Source: Ruminococcus albus 7 = DSM 20455
Lineage (GTDB): Bacteria > Bacillota > Clostridia > Oscillospirales > Ruminococcaceae
DNA length: 32,000 bases
NCBI RefSeq assembly: GCF_000179635.2
Contig: NC_014833.1
Coordinates: 3,090,001 to 3,122,000 of the forward strand
Direction: 5' to 3'
The translations under genes were made by a program, and so were the position numbers. Positions 16,905 to 24,245 of this stretch are shown here, one piece after another. Under the pieces are notes generated by a model. It ran no database searches and was not told the origin of the DNA. It saw nothing but the letters and a program-made list of their open reading frames with translations. The stretch's first letter is position 1. Each line of letters begins with the position of its first letter.

Positions 16905-17891
16905 GTGGCAGTACAGTCAAGACAGAAGCAGAAGCTTCTTACGATGAAGAAGCTGTTCGAGGCTAAGACAGACGAGAATCATTCATTTACCGGTGCCAAG
17001 CTCATCGAGATACTCGGAGATATAGGCATCAAGGCAGAGCGTAAGACCATTTATGATGATATCAAGACGCTCTGTGACAGCGGTATGGACATCGTGACCG
17101 TCAAGGACGGACACTCCAACGCTTACTATCTGGGCGAAAGGACCTTCCAGCAGGAGGAGCTTTTTGTGCTGGCTGATGCGATCGCTTCAAGCAGATTTCT
17201 CACAAAGAAGAAGTCGCAGGAGCTTATCAAGAAGCTGCAGTCGCTTACCAGTGAATACAAGGGCAAGCAGCTGCGCAGACAGATACACGTAGATAACCGC
17301 GCAAAGAACTTCAACGAGCAGATATACTACTCCGTAAACAAGATACAGGAGGGTATTTTCGATGAGAAGGTGATACGCTTCAGGTACACCGAGTTCAACC
17401 CCGATAAAAAGCAGATACTCAAACACGGCGGAGATTTCTACACTGTATCCCCCTATTCGCTGGTGTGGGAGAACGAGAATTACTACCTCGTATGCTGGTG
17501 CAACAAGCACGAGAAGATCTGCCGCTACAGAGTTGACAGAATGATAAACGTCGATGTGACCGAAGAAAACATCAGAAGGCTCAGTGATGACGAGAGAGCT
17601 GAGGTAAGCAATCTGCAGTCGCTTTACGGTATGTTCGGCGGCAAACTGGAGAGCGTTACCATGCAGTTCGATAATTCGCTGGCTAATGTTGTTATCGACA
17701 AATTCGGCATGAACTGTCACCCACACAGAAATTCCGACAGCACATTCTGCCTGACAGCAGATGTACAGATCGCGCCTACTTTCTGGGGCTGGTTCTTCCA
17801 GTTCGGAAAGAAGGCCAAGATACTTGCGCCCGATAACGTCATCGAGCAGGCTAAGGAATATCTGGAAGAAATATCCGAGAGCTATAAATAA
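16905..17891 (+). CDS. wHTH-WYL-domain transcriptional regulator
   Basis: The N-terminal wHTH reads FTGAKLIEILGDIGIKAERKTIYDDIKTL. The WYL core reads FYTVSPYSLVWENENYYLVCWCNKHEKICRYRVDRM. A C-terminal extension domain follows. The GTG start is 1 nt after the DUF896 stop, with GGAGGA 8 nt upstream. Confidence 0.85.
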   Translation: MAVQSRQKQKLLTMKKLFEAKTDENHSFTGAKLIEILGDIGIKAERKTIYDDIKTLCDSGMDIVTVKDGHSNAYYLGERTFQQEELFVLADAIASSRFLTKKKSQELIKKLQSLTSEYKGKQLRRQIHVDNRAKNFNEQIYYSVNKIQEGIFDEKVIRFRYTEFNPDKKQILKHGGDFYTVSPYSLVWENENYYLVCWCNKHEKICRYRVDRMINVDVTEENIRRLSDDERAEVSNLQSLYGMFGGKLESVTMQFDNSLANVVIDKFGMNCHPHRNSDSTFCLTADVQIAPTFWGWFFQFGKKAKILAPDNVIEQAKEYLEEISESYK

Positions 17892-17973
17892 GCTTTCAGG
17901 ACCGCGCTTGTAAAACCGGAGAGGACGGGGAGATCCCCCGTAAAGCGAGAAAGAGATCATATGATAAGCAAAA

Positions 17974-18011
17974 GAGCCTCCCGTCGTAAGGTCAAGCCTT
18001 GCGGGAGGCTC
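17974..18011 (+). terminator. Hairpin after the WYL gene (weak terminator)
   Basis: GAGCCTCCCG-18 nt-CGGGAGGCTC forms a 10 bp stem but is followed only by AATTGTT. Confidence 0.35.
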
Positions 18012-18036
18012 AATTGTTATAACGGGAGGAGATATC

Positions 18037-18456
18037 ATGATTTTTATAATTACAGTTATTGTCGCGATAATAGCCGTATTCTTCGGGCTGTTTGCAACAC
18101 TGGGCATCGCGGTGGCAGTTATATGCGGTTTATTCATGGGCATAAGCGTAACTATCATAAAGCTTTTCATACTGCCGAGATTTGAAGCAAGGGAAAGACT
18201 AAGACTTGCCAACGACAATGTCCGCCTTTCGCCCGAAAAGCTGGAGGTCAGGTATGACAGCTACAAGAACGGCTACGTTATAGACTGTTTCTATACCTCA
18301 CCCGAAACGGGAAGGAAATTCGTGTTCAGCACACAGCCATTTGCTACAGACCCTACGCCGTATCTGTTCGATGCAAAGCTTACGATAGTGGCGAACCGTG
18401 TGGATTACTCCAACTATATCGTTGATACCAACGGTCTGGATAATATTATAAGATAA
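18037..18456 (+). CDS. Membrane protein: two N-terminal TM helices plus a small beta-rich domain, function unknown
   Basis: SD GGGAGGAG is present. The hydrophobic N-terminus reads MIFIITVIVAIIAVFFGLFATLGIAVAVICGLFMGISV. The soluble part (YVIDCFYTSPETGRKFVF...TIVANRVDYSNY) loosely resembles DUF3592-type domains. Confidence 0.6.
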   Translation: MIFIITVIVAIIAVFFGLFATLGIAVAVICGLFMGISVTIIKLFILPRFEARERLRLANDNVRLSPEKLEVRYDSYKNGYVIDCFYTSPETGRKFVFSTQPFATDPTPYLFDAKLTIVANRVDYSNYIVDTNGLDNIIR

Positions 18457-18471
18457 GGCGGTAACAGTAAT

Positions 18472-18765
18472 ATGAAAAATTTCAGACAACTATGCATCAT
18501 GCTGATAGTACTGCTGGTATTCATACTTACGATGACAGTTACTGCGGCACTTACCAAAGGCGTAAAAGAGGGCAAGATAAGCGCAAGCGTTCTGGCTGAT
18601 GCTGTGATGGTGATATCCATCGCTGTTGCGGCAGGGATCGTGTTTGCCGTGATAAGGCTGTTCAGGCGGCACAAACAGCACCTGAAGCAGGCGAGCTCGG
18701 CGGATATACTGGCTGAGATAATGGCTATGAAAGACGATAATACAAAATCCGATAAGGAGGACTGA
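18472..18765 (+). CDS. Small two-TM membrane protein, function unknown
   Basis: Two hydrophobic segments are followed by a basic/acidic tail. The stop is 2 nt before the punA ATG, suggesting translational coupling. Confidence 0.55.
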   Translation: MKNFRQLCIMLIVLLVFILTMTVTAALTKGVKEGKISASVLADAVMVISIAVAAGIVFAVIRLFRRHKQHLKQASSADILAEIMAMKDDNTKSDKED

Positions 18766-18767
18766 AT

Positions 18768-19595
18768 ATGAGTGACATCCCTGAAAGGCTTGAAAAAGCC
18801 GTTGAGTATATCAGCGCAAGGGCAGGTATGACCCCCGAGGTGGGTATAGTGCTTGGCTCGGGGCTTGGAAACTTCGCGGAGAGGGCTGAGATAATATCTG
18901 AGATACCCTATGAAGATATCCCAGGATTCCCACGCTCAACTGTTGAGGGGCACAAGGGCTGTTTTCTGTTCGGCAAAGTCGGTGATACCCCTGTGGTGAT
19001 AATGCAGGGACGTGTACACCATTACGAGGGCTATCCTATGGAGGAGGTGGTCATGCCTGCAAGGGTAATGGGGCTTATGGGCATAAAGACCCTGCTGCTG
19101 ACCAACGCGGCAGGCGGTGTCAACAAGTCCTTCAAGGCAGGTGACCTGATGCTGATAACAGACCATATCTCTGCATTTGTTCCTAATCCGCTGATAGGCA
19201 GAAACTTCAGCGGCCTGGGAACAAGGTTCCCTGATATGAGCGAGGTATACGACAGCGCACTCAGCGGCAGGATAAAGGCTTGCGCGGAAAAACTCGGCAC
19301 AGAGCTTAAAGAGGGAGTGTACTGTCAGCTGACGGGACCTTCCTACGAAACACCTGCGGAGATAAAGATGCTGTCATTCCTGGGTGCTGATGCTGTGGGT
19401 ATGTCAACTGCAGTGGAAGCTATCGCGGCACGTCACATGGGTGTGCGTGTATGCGGAATATCGCTGATAACCAATATGGCTGCAGGGATATCAGAAGTGC
19501 CCCTCTCACACGAGGAAGTAAAGGAAGCTGCCGATGCGGCAGGCGAAAGATTCGGGGCGCTGGTGGAAAGCTTCGTTTCGGGGCTTTCGGAATGA
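18768..19595 (+). CDS. punA: Purine nucleoside phosphorylase (trimeric PunA type)
   Basis: GIVLGSGLG, GHKG, MQGRVHHYEGY, LTNAAGG, GPSYETPAE, GADAVGMST and NMAAG are canonical PNP-I motifs. SD AAGGAGGA is present. Confidence 0.92.
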   Translation: MSDIPERLEKAVEYISARAGMTPEVGIVLGSGLGNFAERAEIISEIPYEDIPGFPRSTVEGHKGCFLFGKVGDTPVVIMQGRVHHYEGYPMEEVVMPARVMGLMGIKTLLLTNAAGGVNKSFKAGDLMLITDHISAFVPNPLIGRNFSGLGTRFPDMSEVYDSALSGRIKACAEKLGTELKEGVYCQLTGPSYETPAEIKMLSFLGADAVGMSTAVEAIAARHMGVRVCGISLITNMAAGISEVPLSHEEVKEAADAAGERFGALVESFVSGLSE

Positions 19596-19722
19596 TTCTA
19601 CCTTATGTACATAAGAAAGCGCAGTTAAAATGACTTTGGCTGTGCAGTTTGTCAATGAGGTCAAATGCCACGAAAACCGCGGATATATTCTTTGTGCGCA
19701 AACAACTTAATGAAAGTATGTT

Positions 19723-19777
19723 CCTGCATACCTTTAGTGCAATATGCAAAAAAGGTATGCAGGAGTTTTTGTTTTTT
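19723..19777 (+). terminator. Rho-independent terminator of the punA operon
   Basis: CCTGCATACCTTT-15 nt-AAAGGTATGCAGG is a perfect 13 bp stem. It is followed by AGTTTTTGTTTTTT. Confidence 0.8.
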
Positions 19778-19837
19778 GAGGATTTGCATTTTTCCTACCG
19801 TTATGATATGATAATTTTCAGAAAAGGAGTGGTGAAA

Positions 19838-20398
19838 ATGACGATCACAAACAGGGCAGAAAACCGAAGGACAGACAGAGGCAGACTTATATACCTGACA
19901 CTGGCAGGTGTTTTTGCTGCCATGATATATCTGCTGACAGCATTCGTGAAAGTACCTACGGGCGCAGGATATACTCACGCAGGTGACAGCGCAGTATTCC
20001 TGGCTGCTTGTATACTTCCTGCACCATACGCGGCAGCTGCGGCGGCGATAGGCGCTGGGCTTGCAGACGGGCTGGGCGGATTCGTGGTATGGCTGCCTGC
20101 AACGCTGGTGATAAAGGCATTGGCAGCCCTTTGCTTTACCTCAAAAAAGGATACTATCATAAACAAGCGTAACATACTGGCTCTTATACCTGCGCTGGTA
20201 CTGTGTGCTGTGGGCTACAGCCTGTATCAGGGCATATTCATGTCGGGCGGTATATCAAAGACCGCTTTTGCAGCGGCTTTCGCCCAGATACCTGCATACT
20301 GCGTACAGACAGGTATAGGCGCTGCGATATTCATAACCGCAGGCACAGCCCTTGACAGGATGAAGATAAAGCGCTCTCTCGCCAAAAAGACATTATGA
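19838..20398 (+). CDS. Probable ECF-transporter substrate-capture (S) component
   Basis: Track ORF starts at 19649 but crosses the punA terminator. The ATG at 19838 has AAAGGAG 8 nt upstream and a TTGCAT-17-TATGAT promoter. The protein is about 186 aa with 5 to 6 TM helices. The GYTHAGDSAVFLAACIL motif resembles ECF S-components. The substrate is unknown. Confidence 0.6.
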   Translation: MTITNRAENRRTDRGRLIYLTLAGVFAAMIYLLTAFVKVPTGAGYTHAGDSAVFLAACILPAPYAAAAAAIGAGLADGLGGFVVWLPATLVIKALAALCFTSKKDTIINKRNILALIPALVLCAVGYSLYQGIFMSGGISKTAFAAAFAQIPAYCVQTGIGAAIFITAGTALDRMKIKRSLAKKTL

Positions 20399-20415
20399 CA
20401 GGCGCTCATAAAAAG

Positions 20416-20459
20416 ATATCGGTGGACAGTCATACATTGGTACGGCTGTCCACCGATAT
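20416..20459. terminator. Bidirectional terminator between convergent genes
   Basis: ATATCGGTGGACAG-16 nt-CTGTCCACCGATAT is a perfect 14 bp stem, flanked by AAAAAG on one side and TTATT on the other. Confidence 0.7.
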
Positions 20460-20483
20460 TTATTACAGGTAATAATGTGCTTT

Positions 20484-21113
20484 TCAGAGTTTTATGACCA
20501 CCTGCACAGGGGGTGCTACGCACGATGCAAAAGTATCCGCATCAGAGGGTCTGCCTACCAGACTGCCGTAATGTATCGGGACCGCTATGGCAGGCTTGAC
20601 AGTATTCACAAGTTCGGCTGCCTGTTTTGCACCGATAGTATAAGTGCCGCCTATGGGAACACATATTATATCACACCTTACAGCCTTTGCCTCAGGAGTA
20701 TTATCCGTATCGCCGCACACATACACCCGCTTGCCCTCAACGGTGACCACATACCCAAGCCAGCCGTTTTTCTTTGGATGGAATGGCTTCAGCAGATTAT
20801 AGGCTGCTATGGCATCTATGGGGATACCGCAGACCTCAGCGCTGTAGCCCGGATGCATGAAGGTAGTCCTGTCCTCACCGATACCCGCTTTGGCAAATGC
20901 CTTCATCATTGTATGTGGTACAACGAAACGTGTACTGCTGTTGGAGCACTTTTCTATATCCTCAGGTGAAAAATGATCGTAGTGGTCATGGGTGATGAAT
21001 ATTATATCAGCATCGTGATCTGCAGAAGCAAGGTGGAAAGGATCAAAATATATCACCTTATCTGACCCGATGCGTATGCTGCTGTGTTCGTTTACGGTCA
21101 GCTTATCTATCAT
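20484..21113 (-). CDS. MBL-fold metallo-hydrolase
   Basis: IIFITHDHYDHF is the HxHxDH motif. The 209 aa size fits the Lactamase_B_3/UPF0173-like group. Confidence 0.85.
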   Translation of the reverse strand: MIDKLTVNEHSSIRIGSDKVIYFDPFHLASADHDADIIFITHDHYDHFSPEDIEKCSNSSTRFVVPHTMMKAFAKAGIGEDRTTFMHPGYSAEVCGIPIDAIAAYNLLKPFHPKKNGWLGYVVTVEGKRVYVCGDTDNTPEAKAVRCDIICVPIGGTYTIGAKQAAELVNTVKPAIAVPIHYGSLVGRPSDADTFASCVAPPVQVVIKL

Positions 21114-21142
21114 AGGCTATACCCTCCTTTTTTATATACAAA

Positions 21143-21172
21143 GGACCTCTTCCGCTTTTGCGAAAGAGGTCC
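21143..21172 (-). terminator. Terminator hairpin after the GGDEF-like sensor gene
   Basis: GGACCTCTT-12 nt-AAGAGGTCC. On the minus strand it is followed by TTTGTATAT. Confidence 0.5.
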
Positions 21173-21194
21173 CGGGACTTTACATTATGACTTA

Positions 21195-22853
21195 TCACAT
21201 CTCGCGGTAATCTATCATACCGTATGTAGCTTCGCCCTTTCTGTTAGTCATATCCTTCAGTGCCGCAACTACGGAAGTATCTGCGGGACCGCTTCTTCTG
21301 ATGACAGCGATCTTATACTTAGGATATATAGCACCAAGATTGTCTATCTTCTCGGGTACCATCAGCTGTCTGAATGCGGTATTAACGTCATTCATTATCT
21401 GATCGGGAGCAGGCTGTCCACCCTCGGAAGGTATCATTACTACGAATTCATCTGAACCTGTACGATAGATAGCTCTTCCAGGGAAGATATCCTTCAGGGT
21501 ATCAACAGTACGTACCAGCAGCTGGTCACCTGCATCGTTACCGAATCTGGTATTGATCTCACTGAATCCGAGTATATTGAACATCATGAAGTAGCAAGGC
21601 TTCTGCTCGCTTACGTCAGCACTTTCCATATCCATAGCGAAGGATACACGGTTGTTTGCATTTGTAAGCACGTCCTTGAACATCGCGGTGTTCAGTGACT
21701 GTCTTGTCTGAGAGTTCTTTGCGATGGTAGATACCAGTTTCTGGTTGATCTTTTCCTGTCTCTTATTGATGAAGAAGAATACTACTGTCAGGATGAGGAG
21801 GATGAAACCGAATATGATAAGGTACATTCTCATGCCGTTTGTCAGAGCGTAAACGTCATCTGTGGGAGCGTTAACGAGGAACAGCCACTGATAATCGCCC
21901 ATAAAAACGTAAGAAGAAACATACTCCTTGCCGTTTACCTTGTACTCGATCTTACCTTCATATTCGCCTTCATTGTCGTTGCCTCTGCTGCCTTTAAACT
22001 TTTCACAAAGCTCTTTCAGTTCAGGTATATCTACCTCGGCGTTAACCTTCTCCTTATCAGCTGTGAACAGATACGTAGCGTTTTCTGTATCGAGCATATA
22101 GTAGGTCGCATTTCTGAGGTCGGATCTGTCAAACTTAGCCTTTACCTTTGGATCGTTAAGGTTCTTGTTTGCACCTGAGATTTTATCCAGAGTGTTTATC
22201 AGACCGTCAGTCTTGATACCCATACCAACCATACCGATAGCCTTACCGTTCTTGTTGTATATAGCCCTGCACATCGAGATTATCTGAGTACCGGTCGAGC
22301 GCGATGCGATTATACCGTTATTAACAACGCCCTTTTTTGAAAGAAGTTTTTGGTGGAGCTGTTCAAGTTCATTGGGATCTTCTTCGAGCTGCATACCTAT
22401 CGACTCTTCCGAACTGTTGTGTGTAAGTATGTGAGTATCCCATGTACCTATCCACACACTCTCTGCTGTAGGTATATCACCTGCAAACAGACCTGTGTAA
22501 GCCTGTGCCAACCCAGTGAGTTCCTCAACAGTAGCATCCTTAACGCCTGCAGGCAGATCATCATCACTGAGGTGATTATCGCGGTTATAGATCTTGTTGA
22601 GCAGGTCAGTCACCTGTCTTGCCTTTGAAAAGTCAGTCAGCTGATGCTCAGACATTTCAACGTAGTTCTTTATAACCTGCGAACGCTCTGTTGTTGTCAT
22701 CTCCATGTGAGCATCCGAACTATCCCTCGTCCTGTTACTTACGGTATTCGTAGTGAAGAGAGATATGCCGAGCATTACTATCAGCTGTATGATAAGCACC
22801 AGGTTCAATGATATCTTGAATTTTTTCTTTTCCTTCTTCTTAGCTTTTGCCAT
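21195..22853 (-). CDS. Membrane sensor: TM, extracytoplasmic Cache-like domain, TM, degenerate GGDEF domain
   Basis: TM helices lie at about aa 14-34 and 343-363. The periplasmic-type domain of about 300 aa contains IASRSTGTQIISMCRAIYNKNGKAIGMVGMGI, which is Cache-like. The GGDEF-fold C-terminus has DVLTNANNRVSF and RTGSDEF (nt 21444..21458), with FNILGF in place of DIDxFK. Confidence 0.8.
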   Translation of the reverse strand: MAKAKKKEKKKFKISLNLVLIIQLIVMLGISLFTTNTVSNRTRDSSDAHMEMTTTERSQVIKNYVEMSEHQLTDFSKARQVTDLLNKIYNRDNHLSDDDLPAGVKDATVEELTGLAQAYTGLFAGDIPTAESVWIGTWDTHILTHNSSEESIGMQLEEDPNELEQLHQKLLSKKGVVNNGIIASRSTGTQIISMCRAIYNKNGKAIGMVGMGIKTDGLINTLDKISGANKNLNDPKVKAKFDRSDLRNATYYMLDTENATYLFTADKEKVNAEVDIPELKELCEKFKGSRGNDNEGEYEGKIEYKVNGKEYVSSYVFMGDYQWLFLVNAPTDDVYALTNGMRMYLIIFGFILLILTVVFFFINKRQEKINQKLVSTIAKNSQTRQSLNTAMFKDVLTNANNRVSFAMDMESADVSEQKPCYFMMFNILGFSEINTRFGNDAGDQLLVRTVDTLKDIFPGRAIYRTGSDEFVVMIPSEGGQPAPDQIMNDVNTAFRQLMVPEKIDNLGAIYPKYKIAVIRRSGPADTSVVAALKDMTNRKGEATYGMIDYREM

Positions 22854-22930
22854 ATTCTAACTACCCTTTCTCTTCTCGGGTACATACAGCCCCGATTAAT
22901 AATAAGTCTTTATATTATCCGGAATGCTTA

Positions 22931-23641
22931 CTAACCAAACAGACCGAACAGACCTTTCTTCTTTTTGACGTTGAGCTCTTCAAGGAATTCCTCATCTTCT
23001 TCATCGTCATTCTCCGCTACGCTCATCAGCTTGCTGACACGGTTCTTCAACAGATCATTCTTTGATGAACCGCCTCCGCCGCCCTCATAATACGACGAAG
23101 TCACAGAAGTCAACGGTGATGAGGGTACCGGTGCTTCCGAACCGTAGGGCATTGATTGTACCGGTGTTCCGCCGTACTGCATGGACACATATCCCGACTG
23201 CACAGGTGCGGCTGCAGGCATACCGTTCGGCATACCGCTGAAAGCCGAATTGTTCACATAGCCGCCTGTCATTTCGGACAGCGGGATCATTCTGTCAGGC
23301 ATTACGATACATCCCATGGAATTTTCAGGATTCATGGATACTATGTAATTCAGGCAGCCCGAGCAAGGGAGCATGGGACTGCGGTTAACAGTATCTATGA
23401 GGACCATCGAATCTACAGCCGTTTCGTTACCGTATGTCTGCATATTGCGCATAGCCTCGATCTCAGCATGGACACTCACGGGTGCGCCGTTCATCATTTC
23501 TTTACGGCTGACGCCGTTATACACCCTGCCGGTCCTTGAAAAGATAACACATATAGTTTCGTCGGGTGCTATGACCTCCCCACTCTGTGAACGGGCATTA
23601 GCGACCTCGAGCGCAATATTGTAAATGGCTTCAAATGTCAT
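22931..23641 (-). CDS. Divergent cytidine-deaminase-fold (HAE...PCxxC) protein with a disordered tail and C-terminal amphipathic peptide
   Basis: Track ORF runs to 23743. I prefer the ATG at 23641 (MTFEAIYN), which has AAAGGTGG 9 nt upstream. SVHAEIEAM (aa 56-64) and LPCSGC (aa 91-96) form the zinc-deaminase signature. Residues 125-236 are G/P/S/Y-rich, followed by NDDEEDEEFLEELNVKKKKGLFGLFG. Confidence 0.65.
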   Translation of the reverse strand: MTFEAIYNIALEVANARSQSGEVIAPDETICVIFSRTGRVYNGVSRKEMMNGAPVSVHAEIEAMRNMQTYGNETAVDSMVLIDTVNRSPMLPCSGCLNYIVSMNPENSMGCIVMPDRMIPLSEMTGGYVNNSAFSGMPNGMPAAAPVQSGYVSMQYGGTPVQSMPYGSEAPVPSSPLTSVTSSYYEGGGGGSSKNDLLKNRVSKLMSVAENDDEEDEEFLEELNVKKKKGLFGLFG

Positions 23642-23714
23642 ATCTTCAAACCACCTTTCATTTAGTCTGTCTGACGCTTCCAAAAAAACAGAAACAGACC
23701 CTTTCGTGAGTATT

Positions 23715-23743
23715 ATTGTATACCTTGACCAACAAATTGTCAA
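23715..23743 (-). promoter_or_regulatory. Sigma-A type promoter of the deaminase-fold gene
   Basis: Minus strand reads TTGACA-17 nt-TACAAT, about 75 nt upstream of the ATG at 23641. Confidence 0.55.
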
Positions 23744-24180
23744 TAGGATATGCTACCAATTAAGAAAATACAGTAAAACTTCGTATGATTGCACAAATTT
23801 AACCCACTGTCCCATGACATTATGACAACACTTTACAAGATGAAGAAGTGCGAAATTTTGTGTAATATGCTTTATAATTTAAGTTAATTCTAATTGTTTG
23901 ATAGTTTATTCATACAGTTTTCGTAAAGTCCAGAAAACGTTTTAGTTGACAATAGTCGCCTGCCGTCAAAATGCACAAATTCTCCGTAAACGATTATTTT
24001 TTTCAGACGAATTATGCATTTTGTAAAAATGGAAAAATCAGAACATAAAATGACAGACGGGGTATTATCTTGAAATGTTAATAATTCAGCACATACGCGC
24101 TATCAACGCATCTTAAAATGTGTCGCATATATGGACAAAACAGCACGTTTTTGATACATATATGATTTTTCTGACATGTC

Positions 24181-24214
24181 AAAAAAGAGCGTATGCAGGC
24201 ATTTGCATACGCTC
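24181..24214 (-). terminator. Rho-independent terminator of the 24246..25454 gene
   Basis: Minus strand reads GAGCGTATGCA-6 nt-TGCATACGCTC, a perfect 11 bp stem, followed by TTTTTT. Confidence 0.8.
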
Positions 24215-24245
24215 CTTGATATTTGTATTATACGGGTAACTATGA

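Noticed and set aside
17187-18218. 343 aa minus-strand ORF spanning the WYL gene
   Set aside because: It is antisense to a well-supported WYL regulator, has no SD, and its L/V/I/S-rich composition is typical of shadow ORFs. It also crosses the intergenic hairpins.
18768-19595. PNP-domain protein near a WYL regulator as a possible ATP-nucleosidase defence effector (Detocs DtcC / CBASS Cap17 type)
   Set aside because: At 275 aa it has every canonical PunA motif and no N-terminal sensor domain. It looks like the housekeeping purine nucleoside phosphorylase.
19596-19837. Possible riboswitch in front of the ECF S-component
   Set aside because: The prominent hairpin plus T-run at 19723..19777 is best read as the punA operon terminator. 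A TTGCAT-17-TATGAT promoter lies downstream of it, leaving a leader of only about 20 nt. The sequence does not fit preQ1, THF, purine or TPP consensus features as I recall them.
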